A stretch of 64,000 bases of DNA from Octopus bimaculoides (Eukaryota), in the NCBI RefSeq assembly GCF_001194135.2, contig NC_068981.1:153933999-153997998 (forward strand), written 5' to 3'. Shown here piece by piece: positions 13,620 to 26,480 of this stretch. The notes below the pieces were generated by a model that had not been told where the DNA came from, did not search any database, and saw only the letters and a list, made by a program, of their open reading frames with translations. A program made the translations under genes and the position numbers. Each line of letters starts with the position of its first letter. Position 1 is the first letter of the stretch.

Positions 13620-13922
13620 ATCATCATTGTCGTCATCATCATCGTCGTTTAATGTCCGCTTTCCATGCTAGCATGGGTTGGACGATTTGACTGAGGACTA
13701 GTGGACCAGGAGGTGACACCAAGCTCCAATCTGATTTGGCAGAGTTTCTACAGCTGGATGCCCTTCCTAACGCCAACCACTCCGAGAGTGTAGTGGGTGC
13801 CTTTACGTGCCACCGGCACGAGGGCCAGTCAGGCAGTACTGGCGACGGCCACGCTCGAAATGGTGTATTTTATGTGCCACCTGCACAAGAGCCAGTCCAT
13901 CGGCACTGGCAACGATCTCGTT
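13620..13922 (-). mobile_element. RTE-3'-end short repeat (family B), young
   Basis: (CAT)n cgtttaatgtccgctttccatgctagc..ggatgcccttcctaacgcc. Confidence 0.8.
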
Positions 13923-13971
13923 CAAATGTCCTAATTGATTTAATTAATTAATTACTTCAAATTCACTTTAC

Positions 13972-14454
13972 NNNNNNNNNNNNNNNNNNNNNNNNNNNNN
14001 NNNNNNNNNNNNNNNNNNNNNNNNNNNNNNNNNNNNNNNNNNNNNNNNNNNNNNNNNNNNNNNNNNNNNNNNNNNNNNNNNNNNNNNNNNNNNNNNNNNN
14101 NNNNNNNNNNNNNNNNNNNNNNNNNNNNNNNNNNNNNNNNNNNNNNNNNNNNNNNNNNNNNNNNNNNNNNNNNNNNNNNNNNNNNNNNNNNNNNNNNNNN
14201 NNNNNNNNNNNNNNNNNNNNNNNNNNNNNNNNNNNNNNNNNNNNNNNNNNNNNNNNNNNNNNNNNNNNNNNNNNNNNNNNNNNNNNNNNNNNNNNNNNNN
14301 NNNNNNNNNNNNNNNNNNNNNNNNNNNNNNNNNNNNNNNNNNNNNNNNNNNNNNNNNNNNNNNNNNNNNNNNNNNNNNNNNNNNNNNNNNNNNNNNNNNN
14401 NNNNNNNNNNNNNNNNNNNNNNNNNNNNNNNNNNNNNNNNNNNNNNNNNNNNNN
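13972..14454. other. Assembly gap
   Basis: N run. Confidence 1.
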
Positions 14455-14579
14455 ATTGCCATGACTACCACTAATATCGTGACTGTCAAACTGATTGTAT
14501 TTTGTGTTTTGAGACACAAAATATAATACAGCTTCAGTTGTATTTCTGTTGCCAGTGCCCCTGGACTGGCTCTTGTGCG

Positions 14580-14830
14580 AGGTGAGGGGTGAGGAGAGGG
14601 GAGGAGGGGGAGATGGGATGAGAGGGAGAGAGGGGGAGATGGGATGAGAGGGAGAGAGGGGGAGAGGGGGATGAGAGGAGGGTAATGACGTTTATGATAA
14701 TGAAGATGATAATGATGTTGACGATCATGATAACGATGAAGAAGACAATGATGTTGATCATGATAATGATGATGATGGCGACTAGTATGACAGTGACAAG
14801 GACAATGACATGACAATGATAATGACAACC
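14580..14830. repeat. GA-rich and (GAT)n low-complexity tract
   Basis: Direct inspection. Confidence 0.85.
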
Positions 14831-15825
14831 ATTAGGCACAAGCATTTATAAAATAACCAACACCAAAACATTTTTTAAATTTTTTCTGTCGATATTTTAA
14901 ATTCAGTTGCTCAGTTTGTATTTATCTTAACTGCTACATAACCATAAATGTCTCAGTTAATTTTGAAAATAATCAAGAATTTTTTGAAGGCTTTAGCATA
15001 AAAATAACTGACCTGTTAATAATTAAGCTGATGTTTTATACATAACTAAACAAAAAGTTTAAGTTTAAACATGAACACTTCAAAACAGGAGTTTTGTATC
15101 AAAGTATTAGAAGCAGTCTTGGGAAAGGAGTTTTATACAAAATGGTTAATCTTCTATTTATCTTGATCTTTCCACCAAAATGTATAATAATATTGACTAA
15201 GTATTAACTATTCTGTTGGCAGATCATCTACCTATTCTGGATGCTAATGCATGATTCCATAAATTATAAAGATAAACTAGACACTGGTTATTTTGATGTT
15301 ATTCGCTGCCATTATAAAAATGACTTATATTGATATATTTACCTACCAATATAGTTACAAAGAAACATTAGCTGATTTAATTAGCTACATATTCTCAAAG
15401 TTACAGCAACATTATTTCCTTTGATATTTGCATGAATTTAGTTTGGTGTTTAGTTTAGAACTGAAAGCAAGCTTTCAAATATAAGGAATTATGTTAGAAA
15501 CATCAAGAGAAAAATACTCTTTACTTTGATCTTAGTGTGTTCTTATCTATAGAGGTGATAAGGAAAAAAAAAAAAAAGAAACTATATTAAAAGAAAAACA
15601 AAGCAACTGAAGACCTATTTACATAATATATGTTACCTGTATATAAACATGATACTTCTTTCTTTTCTTTTTCAATTTATGTACACAAAGTTATTTACAC
15701 TCTCTTCTAAAATATTCAGATTCTCCATGCTACACACACACACTTCTCTCTCGAGTCAGATGTACTTACACATACACTCATACAATTACACCTTCCCCCT
15801 CTCTCTCATATATATATTGATGTAT

Positions 15826-15867
<42 letters not shown>

Positions 15868-16139
15868 ACATGTACACACATACACACACACGCACATGTA
15901 TATATATAGATATAGATATAAATACATATATATAGTCATTTAAAATTCATTAATTTCTCATGCTTTTTCATAGTTGGATGGTTTTTTCTGCACAGTATCT
16001 CACCACTTGTTGTGATCCCTAGTAATTGCCTTCATGAGGTTCAGCATCCCGAGATCAACCTTCAGCTATTTTTCCCCGTGTCTTCTCAGTTTTATCAGTC
16101 TTTATCTTTTGCAGGCCATCTTTCACAAAAAAATATTCA

Positions 16140-16292
16140 TATTGGAGCTTCCAGAATGAATGCCAAGCAGTACAGCATGTTGTTTCCAAATTTCTGGCGG
16201 AGTGAATTGCGTCATGGTACTGTTTTTCTCACAGACGGTGCCCAACTGACCCTACTATATTGTGTAGTCAACAAAATCAAAAACATGCATTG
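16140..16292 (-). mobile_element. 5' fragment of the same maT-like family as 10444-11292
   Basis: Reverse complement aligns with about 10495-10650. Confidence 0.7.
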
Positions 16293-16655
16293 AAAGAGAG
16301 AGAGAGAGTGATGCAAATAAACCCAATGAAGGTTGATAATTATAAATATACATACATATGCACATATACACACATAGACATATATATAAGGATATATATA
16401 GATGCAAAAACTAAATATAATCAGAAGATAAACACATATGTACAAACATATAGAATTTATATGTTTTGACAAATAAATTTACATTTATTTTTCCACTTGC
16501 TAATTATGAACCTTACAACTATTACGTAATTCCAAGGTCCCAGAAACAGCTATCAAGTTTAAAAATTATGCTTTCTCCTCTTAGTTTTGTATCGTTTTCA
16601 CTCTATGTAAAAGTAAATTTGTCAATATGTATGAATCTCTATATGCTTATACATA

Positions 16656-17932
16656 CAGGGGTTGGACAAAATAATGGAAACACCAAGCATCATAGCATCA
16701 TAATTTTGAAATATCTATAAAACCATCAAAAGCTTGTTTATTTTTATGTTTTTTGATTTATTATTAGTGTTGCTTAATATTTTTTGCTAAAATTGCTGTT
16801 TCTTTTCAGATATTATCAGAAAAAGGAAATTAAGATTCATTAAAATGACAGATCTATCAGACTTTCAAAGAAGTCAAATTGTTAGTGCTCATATAGCAGG
16901 CACTAGCATAATGAAAACAGCCGAAATGCTTGGTGTATTAAGAAGTACTGTCTTAAAACTAATGACAGCCTTTGAGAAAGAGGGAAAAATCTCCTCATCG
17001 AAACAAAACTCCGGAAGAAAACCAAAACTTTCAGATAGAGACCATCGGACTCTTACGGGAATTGTTAGAAAGGATCACAAAAGTACAGCTCCCAAAACTA
17101 CTGCAGAGCTTAATGACCACCTCGAGAACCCAGTTTCCATAAAAACTGTTCGCCAGGAGTTGCACAAAGCCAAATTTCATGGGAGGGGTGCAATCAGAAA
17201 ACCACTACTTTCAAAAACAAACGTTGCAAAGTGTTTAGAGTGGAGTATAAACTGACAGAATTGATCCCTAGAGTAGTGGAAGAATGTCATTTTCTCGGAT
17301 GAGTCATCCTTTACCTTATTTCTGACCACTGGCTGAGTATATGTGTGGAGACAGCCAAAAGAAGCATTTGTTCCAGACTGCCTTCTTCCACCTGTTAAAC
17401 ATGGAGGGGGATCTGTGATGATCGGGGGGGGGGGCAATATCTTGGAAATCCGCCGGCCCAATGGTTTCCCTTCATGGCAGAATTAATAGTCAAGACTATT
17501 TAAGCATTTTGTTTGATCAAATCCCTCCTATGATTCTGGAACTGTTTCCAGAGGGAAACGCAATCTTTCAGAATGATAAAGCACCAATTCACACAGCTAA
17601 AGTTGTTAATGAATGGCACGAGGAACATTCTAGTGAAGTTGAACATCTTATCAGGCCACCACAGTCCCCAGATCTCAATATTATTGAACATTTATGGTGC
17701 ATTTTAGAAAAACAATTAAGGAGTAGATATCCTCCACCATCATCACTACAAGAACTGGAGACTGTTTTAGCTGAAGAATGGACAAAAATTCCTTTGGAAA
17801 CAATTCAAACTTTGTATGAGTTCATACCTTGTAGAATTCAAGCTGCAATTACTGCAAAAGGCAGTCCTACTTCATATTAAAATTAATTTGTTTGAAATTT
17901 TAAGGTGGTTCCATTATTTTGTCCAACCCCTG
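16656..17932 (+). mobile_element. Full-length Tc1-like transposon, DD36E (Incomer-type), transposase pseudogenised
   Basis: TA TSDs at 16654-5 and 17933-4. 29-bp TIRs CAGGGGTTGGACAAAATAATGGAA(A/C)CACC. Transposase about 16845-17880 has HTH, IFSDES, FQND and SPDLNIIE, with 36 residues between the second D and E. It has premature stops and a frameshift at the G-run near 17425. Confidence 0.93.
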
Positions 17933-19417
17933 TATGCATTTATCTTCAGAATATATTTAGTTTTGTATCTATATATATCCCTATACATGCCCATATGTGT
18001 ATATGTATGTATATTTGTATATATCAAGCCTAATCATGTTTATCTGCATCTCCATATCATTACATCACTACATCTCCATATTATCTCATCTAGATTTCTC
18101 TCATAGTCACTCTTTAGCCTGTGGACCTAGTCCTTGATAAAGACTTCAGAACTCCAATTGCTATTTTGGTATGATTTCTACAGGTGGATGTCCTTCCTAA
18201 CACCAACCACTTACAGACTGTATTGGTTTATGTTGATGCCTTGCTGTACTCAAGAAAACCTGTCCACCACAGCAAAATTGATACTGGTGATGGTGCCACA
18301 TAAAAACCACTCATGCTGGTGCCACATAAAAGCACTCATGCTAGTGCCACATTAAAAGCATTGGTGCTGGCGCCACATAAAAATACCCAGTACACTCTGT
18401 AGAGTGGTTGGTATTAGGAAGGGCATCCAACCACAAAAACCATGCTAGAATAGACAATGAAGTCTGGTGAGGCCCCTGGTCATACCAGATCTGATCAAAC
18501 CATTCAACTCATGCCAGCATGGAAAATAGAAGTTAAATGATGATGAGGATGATGATGGCACTAGTGAAGTCATGAAACAACATGCATTTCAAGGAAAAAA
18601 GACCCCTCAAATGAGTAGGATTGTAGTAAAGAGGGAAGTGGCTTTATGCCAGATGTTGAGAGGCTAAAATATGACAGAACAGAGACAGGTGTCATGTTAT
18701 AGAGGAGAGACATGGCTATCTCACAATAGATACAGGTGAGTGGGAGAAGTGATGGTGGTTACAAGGTGTCATAGTGTACTCTCAAGATACAAGAATATGA
18801 GAGAATATTGACAGAGGATCAGAAAGAGTGGGTGTATAAATTCCGTAGAGTGTGAGAGGAGAATTACAGATTGTTAGAGATGAGTGTAGAGGTGAATGTA
18901 GTAGATAGGATAAGGGTAGAGATGTGGTCGATGATAAATATCAGTATGAGCAGGAGGAAGGTGAAAGAATAGGAGTGACTCAGTAAGGAGGAGGTGGTAA
19001 GTGGAAGTACAGGGAGAGAGGAAAGTAGTAGTGTAATACATCTATAGGCAGCTCAGATAATTTGAAGATTTTGTATGAGATGAGAGTGGAAGTGGTGTGA
19101 AAGAGAGAGTTGTACAGTGACTGAAATGGATGTCAGTGGTATGTAGGGATGGCTATAGTGAGTGGAATGCAAGGGGGTGGGGTGATGCTGCCCATAGAAG
19201 ATATGACAGGGTGATGAGAATGACAGCAAATAAGAGGTGTTAAAGATAAGATAATGACAGTCCTAAAATGCATTGCAGAGGTAACTGGTGTTATAGAAAG
19301 GGGTAATTGGTGGAAAATAAATTGAGAAAGGATAATATTGAGAATGAGGAGGGATGGATTTAAAAAAGAAGTGATTCCAGGGAGATGGGAAAGTAGCTGA
19401 TGGCACATGCACACATG

Positions 19418-19454
<37 letters not shown>

Positions 19455-20422
19455 ACGTGCGCGCATTAGTGCGTGTGTCCATGCATGTGTGTGTGTGTGT
19501 GCATTAGTGCATGTGTGCGTGCATGTGTGTGTGAACAACTATAAAAATAAGTACCCGCTTACATCAATGTATTTTTGCACAAATGTGGATGTGATATGCT
19601 AATAATGTCACATAAAAGTTATTCCCTCTTTGATCTACTAATTGAGAGTAAATATTTATCTTCACAGCAGTCTGTTTTCATCCCTCTTGCTAAACTATTT
19701 TTATTTCTTGACAACAAAGCTCTACAGACTCTGAGCTGCATAACTATTAACTACTGCATACACTAATATAGTGCTGCTGGCTGTCATTATTATATTTTCC
19801 ATGTTACCACATTGTCTTACAACATTAGTATACCAACTCAACATTGTCCCTTGTTGATCAAGATAGCCATATATCACAAAGCCTTATGATCTCTGTCTCC
19901 ACAATTTTGTGTTTTATTTTTTTGTATTTCTTACTATGTATTACCTTTTTACTTTTCATATATTCCTACATCCTCTAAAAACAAAGTTACAATATATTAC
20001 ATATGTTGCAGGAAATTTCAGCAGTGACATCAATAAATCCAATGTCACGATTCACAAGAGTATTACCCACTTGATCAACAAAATCTGACCAATTATAAAC
20101 ACATACCTAAACACTTAACATGCAAAATACAAGAATATGACAATTTCCTTCACTCAAACATCCAGTCAGGACTTGGCAAACACTTTCTTGTTTTTTTCTC
20201 AAAGAAGTTATACATATTGGTTGTGCTTGCTCCACCATTCATTGACATCTGAAGATTAAAATCTTGAAAATCAGAATAATGGTTAGGGATTTTTTTCAAT
20301 AAAAACTCTTCAATAAGTATAGAGTCTCTTTTTTTCCTCCTTGAGAAGGCAATTGTGCTTTTAACACACAGACATGCAAGCACACACACATGTGTGCACA
20401 AATTTACGCATGCACATATATA

Positions 20423-22026
20423 CAGGGTGCGGCAAAATGATCTGACACATTTGTAGATTAAATAAAACTGAAACAGAGAAAAGAACGAAAAATGTTTTTA
20501 TTTATGAAATGTACATATAATGCCATTTTGTTTCAATCGGTGCCATTTGTGACATTTTGTTTCATTTCATTTTCAGTTGCCAACATGACTTGGATGGGTA
20601 AGCATCATGCTTTCATTGTGGAAATGTTTGTCAAGAACAATGAATCCATAACTGCAACATGAAGAGCGTTCTGTGTACACTTCAGGTTTGGTAGACATAA
20701 TCCCATACCTACTTGAAACATGATTTTGTTATGGGTTACCAACTTCAGAGCAAGTGAATCAGCATTGAAACAAAAATCAATTGGCCGACCTCAGAATGCC
20801 AGAAGTCTGGAAAATGTGGCAGCGGTAAGAGCTTCAGTTCAACATTCTCCACAACATTCTGCACGGAAACACACCGCTACTCTTAGGTTTTTTGATAGAA
20901 GTTTGCAAAGAAATCTTCACAACAAACTGCAAATGCATCCATACAAAATGGTTTTGCCACAAGAACTCAGCGAAAGAGACTTTGAAACTCACAGATCATT
21001 GTGTTTGGAAATTCAACAATATGTCTCCCATGAAGCTTTTGTGTTGTTTAGTAATGAAGCCCATTTTCACCTGTGTGGCAGCGTGAATATGCAAAATTTC
21101 TGATATTGGGCCGAGAACAACCCTTGTGAGTTGCACAAACATCCCTTGCATTGTTCTCGGGTGACCATATGGTGTGCAGTGGCAGAATTTAGCATTTGGG
21201 GACTGTACTTCTTCAAAGAGGACAATGTTACAGTGACTGTAAACTCTGATCGATATTGTGTGATGCTAGAGACTTTTCTGAAACCAAAATTGAATGAACT
21301 TGACAATAGGGACAATGTTTGCTTTTAACAGCCCACACTTCTTGACATACTATGGGGATTTTTGTTGTGCATGGGAACTGAAAAGAGGTTCACCTACCTT
21401 CCTCTCATGGATGCCTGTCTAGCAGTAATCTCTCCGACAATCCTGCCCTACCCCTGTCACTCAGTATAAGCAGCTGCTATCTGACCAACCTGGGCGCAAA
21501 TTCCCTAACGTCCATTCATGATACCTCTGGCAGGCAAAAAGAGACCGATGCTCACCTCTCTTCCCCCACTTCTCCTCTTGTGCTTCCTCTTCCAGTCAGC
21601 CCCTTGACCATTGATGTCATGACCCTCTTCTGGCTCATCCCCACAATTTTAAGGGAGATGTTCCCTGGTCATTTGATCTCATTGCACATTGACATCAGTT
21701 GGCTCACCTGATCACCTGATTTGAACCTGTGTGACATTTTTCAGTGAGGATACCTGAAATCAAAGGTATACACTCATTGCCCTCGATCTTTTGAGCAATT
21801 AAAAGATGCCATTCGTCAAGAAACTGGTGCCATTCCACATGAAATGGACCCATCAAGTTATTGACAACTTTTGTGAATGCCTTCAACAATGATATAATTT
21901 TTAAAACCAAATGAAACAAAATGGCATTAGATGTACATTTAAAAAATAAAAACATGTTTTTCGTTCTTTACTCTTTTTTGCTTTTATTAAAACTACAAAT
22001 ATCTCAGATCAATTTGCCGCACCCTG
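20423..22026 (+). mobile_element. Tc1/mariner DD41D (rosa/Visitor-like) element with long TIRs, degenerate
   Basis: TA TSDs at 20421-2 and 22027-8. About 115-bp imperfect TIRs starting CAGGGTGCGGCAAA. Motifs FSNEAHFHL, PLHCSRVTIWCA, VTVNSDRY, REMFPGHLIS, SPDLNLCD, GYLKSKVY. Confidence 0.88.
21363..21645. mobile_element. Solo LTR (283 bp) inserted in the DD41D transposase
   Basis: TGT...ACA termini flanked by a 5-bp duplication ATTTT (21358-62, 21646-50). Excision restores the codons G-I-L-R-E-M. Confidence 0.75.
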
Positions 22027-22169
22027 TACATGCATACATTTACACACACACATACAGAGAGAGAGGTGGGGGCAGGGAGAGTCGCCTAAACTGAGACTCT
22101 GCTGATAAGTACTAAAACCTGTAGCTAAAGTTAAGGAAAATGTGTATGCTTATCTCTCAGAATGTAAAG

Positions 22170-22470
22170 CAAGATATTACAAAAATTGTCCACCATCAAC
22201 AGCAATAATCAACTAAATAAAGATGCAGAAGGCTAAGCATACTCTCATTGCTTTATCCATGTCTATAGACTTGAATGCCTTCCTAAGGCAGATTTCAGCA
22301 TTGTGATTCTGCTTTGGGGTGTTGAATTGGACTTGTACGCAATGATAATCCACATCCAAAAGTATATGGAATCAGACTTGATGAGTTAGAAGACCAGATG
22401 TCCTTGGGGACAAACACTGGGAGTTTCGCCTTGAAATAATTCTTCATATACTTTAATCTCCATACTGGGG
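22170..22470 (-). mobile_element. Degenerate maT-like transposase C-terminal fragment
   Basis: Minus-strand translation with frameshift gives NYFKAKLPVFVPKDIWSSNS...KAFKSIDMDKAMRVC...IIAVDGGQF. Confidence 0.6.
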
Positions 22471-22899
22471 TAGTGTTGGTTGAACATAATGTTATTTAGA
22501 TGTTAATATTTAGCAATCCACCTGGTGGTTTGGACAAATCCTCTTCAGTACAGTATATTGTCATTCATCAGCCTTTTGTCATTTCCTTCACAAGGTTCTG
22601 CCTCAAGTGAAGAGCAGTTTTCGCCACTTCATTTTATTCCCTCCATTTATACACTTGAAGCTTTTAGTACTTTTGTTATACAACTGACATAACTTGCCTC
22701 AGGCCATTAATATTCCTTTGTTCACATACCCTAACATTACACATCTAGTGGAACACGCTTTCTATTTCTTTTAAGTCTTCACAGATCATTTGCATTCAAA
22801 GCCACCATCTCACTACCATACAACTATCACACTTTATACATAAGCATCATGCAATCTGCTTTTTAGTCTAAAGAAAATCCTCTTTGTTGCCATCAGTGA

Positions 22900-23460
22900 T
22901 CATAACTCAGACCCTGAACTTTTTTCAACCAAATCTTTCTCTCATCACTGTGCTTTCTGAATATCCCTTCCTGCAGCTAATTTGGCTACTAGATAAAAAA
23001 AAACAATCATCTACTTTTAGGGAGCCTTGAGAGCATTTGAGAGAATCTATTTCCTGTGAGTTTTTAGTGCTAGTATCTCTGTACCACATATAATTACCAT
23101 TTCTGCTAGTCTATCTGTGATCCCACTACAGCTCTTGTGTGTTCATAGTTTATATTGGACATACTGTATGGAATTTCTACTCACTCCTTTTCTGTATACA
23201 GAACATAGCCATTTCCCTGATAGTTGCAGAGTCCTGTCTTTTCTCCAACTTAATAATATTTTAATTGTTCTATTACAACTTAGAAGATTATAATGAACAG
23301 AAGAAGGCTGAGGACTGGGTTCTAATGGATCCCTATCTGAATGTTAAATTCATTGCTGTACTCATTGCTGACTTTCACCTTACTGACTGCACCTCTGTAC
23401 ATGGCTTGAACAGCTTTTGCAAGCCATTTGTTTAGACTGTGGAGCTAAGTCTAAGACCTT
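22900..23460 (-). mobile_element. Degraded RTE RT fragment
   Basis: Aligns by eye with 38340-39050. Confidence 0.6.
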
Positions 23461-23579
23461 CTCTAGTCAACAATGTCAGGTATACATGATCTTGCAGATA
23501 AATTGAGACCAATTCTAAACAGTTGACTTAGTGGGTTTAACATTTCATCTTCTGACAAAACCTTGCTTGAAAATCTAAT

Positions 23580-24680
23580 CCTCCACTTTATTTTTCAGGT
23601 AAATATCAAATTGATTCGATAACAGAAAGTCACAGAACAACAGAATCATTCCACCATTGTTGTTTTGGGGTGCACCAGGCATACTGTCAATAAAATTGTT
23701 AAGTTGACGAAATTTCCAAAAGCAACAGTTTACCGTGTGTATAAACAACTTAAAGAAGTGGGAAAGATTGATAGAAAAAAGCACTAGACTCAAAGTGATT
23801 CCTAGCCCAATCCAAAGTTTCTCACTGGCCTCAAACACTTGATTGAAACCATCCCATCCACATCCATGACAACTCTTGCAAAGAAATGCAATGTAACCCT
23901 TTCTATGGTGTCCAAAGCTGTGAACAGTAACCTTGGCATGACTAGCTATGTTCGACAATGCCATCACCACCTAACAGCCAAGGCCAAAGCAATCAGAGCT
24001 GAGGGATGCCCAAAGCTTCTGTCATTTATCAAGCATCAAGGTGTAGGAAAAACTCTTGTGTTTGTGGACAAGAAGAAGTTCACTGTGGATGCGAAGATGA
24101 ATCACAGAAATTCTCAAGTGATTGCATACAACCCTTCTGATATCCCCCTGCTTTTGAGACTAAGAATCCTGCTTCTGTGATGGTATTTGGAGCTGTGAGT
24201 GACGGAAGTGTCATGGATCCACACTTCATTGAATCTGGCTTGAAGATCAGCACAAAGGAGTATCTGGACATCCTGAAGAACTCTCTATTACTTTGGATGG
24301 AGCAGAAGTTTGGGCTTGACAATGTGGTGCTTATTCAAGATTCTGCACCATGCCAGGAGTCAAAAGCAACACAGGCCTTTCTTGATGAGAAGGTGCCATT
24401 TTTTGTGAGGGCCAATATCTGACTCAGTAATATCCCAGATCTCAACCATCTCAGTTACTTTTTATAAGGCATACTTCAAGCAACGACCCATGCTTCACCA
24501 CACTCAAGTGTCAACAGTTTGAAGACCTGCATCATGCATGTAACATGCAAAATCAAAAAGGTGTAGATTGTGGCAGCTACAAAAAAATTTCGTTTTTGTG
24601 TGGAGGCAGTAATTGCTCAAATGGGTAGCCATATTGAGTAATAAATATTTTTGTTGTAATAAATGTTACATTAAAATTAT
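23580..24680 (+). mobile_element. Degenerate DD37D/maT transposase
   Basis: ORFs 23839-24180 and 24177-24422 (VFVDKKKF, MVFGAVSDG, IQDSAPC..PDLNHLSY). There are 37 residues between the second D and the mutated third-D position. Confidence 0.82.
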
Positions 24681-26229
24681 ATCTGTCTACTACCATTTTT
24701 TATAACCAGTTTTATGCATTGTAAAAATTGTCTCAATTTATCTGCAAGACCCTGTAGGCCATATACTTCTGCAATTGTTACAGTTTTGGTATGGTTACCA
24801 TGGCTGAATACCCTTCCTAATGTCAGTCGCTTTACAGAGTGTAGTGGAAGCTTTTCTGTGCCACCAGCACAACTGAGATCATCTTGCAACTAACTGGCAA
24901 GACTAATGAACCACCAATGACTGAAAGAAGAATATAAGAGAGATGTTGATTTTAGTTAAAGGTGCTAAGAGGTGAGATATGATGAAAGGAGCAGATTTAT
25001 TATCGTGATGGAGTAATATAGGGAGAATAACTGAGTAGATACTGATGGGAGGGATGGAATGGAATGACAGGGAAAAGGCAAGGAAGAAGAAGTAGTATCA
25101 GGGATATGAGGGAGGGAGGGAGGGAGGGAAGAGGCATAGGGAGGGGGAGAGAGAATAGAAGGCTGATGGGATTGATTGTGTAAGAGGTATTTAGTGCTAT
25201 CCAATGTTATAAGGGTGAATGTGGGTAGAAAGTGAGAGGAAGTGGGGATGAGATAAAGAAAGAGATGAGAGTAACAAGGATCTGGAGAGGTTGTGTGAAA
25301 AGGGACATTACATACTAAGGGAGGTGTGAGAGAGCTGTAAGGGTGGTAGAAAAGGAGAGATGAGAAAGCGTTAAGTTGGTAAATAGGCTGTGAGAAGCTG
25401 GTGAGGGAAAGATTGGCAGTGAGTGAATGTAGGAAGAGAAAAGAGAGACAGCAGGGGACCACAGAGGTGTGGGGAAAATAGAGGTTGAATGCAGTTTAAA
25501 GCATCTCAAGAGAAAGAAAGGCAGGTGAAAGCAATAAACTGATGCATTGAAAGCACCCCACCCATCTCCCCTTCTTAACGTTCACACTGTTCAGCTTGCA
25601 CCCAAAAATGGGTTTTCTCAAATACAGTATGTCACCAATTGCTGCAATTCCCAGCCATCGCTTCTGTGAGGTTCAGCATCTTGAGATCAGATTTCATCTT
25701 TTTGTCCCATGTTGTTCTAAGTCTTCCTTTTCCACAAGGCCCTTCAGTTTTAAACACTCAGCCCTATTTTATGCAGCTGTCATATGTCATAAACATAATT
25801 TTTTTCTATTGCAAACTACATCAGATTCCTCTCATACACAGTTTTTCTCTGTGGTCATTTGTACCGTGTTGATCATACACACTGATAATACAATTCTATG
25901 ATTAAGAGATGAGGAATTATGTACATTATTTACATTTGACGGGATATTTGTCCTCATCTTGTTAGTTGTTAACACAACGTTTTGGCTGATATATCCTCCA
26001 GCCTTAGGAATGAGAACCCAGGTTCGAAATTTCCCCCAAGACACCTAATGGTGTCTTGGGGAAACATACACACTAACTTTACATATCCAGTACAAAATGT
26101 CCAACCTAATTTCTGTCTAGTCTTTACAAATCCCCTGCACTCAGATTTCGGGTCTCGCTACCATGTAGCATGGTACTTGACACACAAGCATCAATCTGTC
26201 CTTTGTTGCCAACAGAGGGAATAACTCAC

Positions 26230-26480
26230 TTAATTCAGCACTAGTTCTTTCTCTGGTTACTATGTTTTCAAAATAACAGCTCCCACAGCAAATTATATCA
26301 CCTAGGTAACTAAAGCTATTGACTACTTCTATAGAACCTTCTGAGCAGTTGAGAGAATTTACCTCCTGAGTGCTCTTCGTGCTTAATATTCTGACTACTT
26401 GTCACATATGAAGGCTATTTATGCTGTTAGCCTGTCTGTGATTCCACTACACCTCTTGTGCGTCTACCGCTTACCACTAC
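26230..26480 (-). mobile_element. Degraded RTE fragment
   Basis: Similar to 38340-38480 and 23040-23150. Confidence 0.5.

Noticed and set aside
20150-20401. 83-aa minus-strand ORF
   Set aside because: Starts in a microsatellite and has no recognisable domain; only its internal splice signals were kept as a tentative exon.
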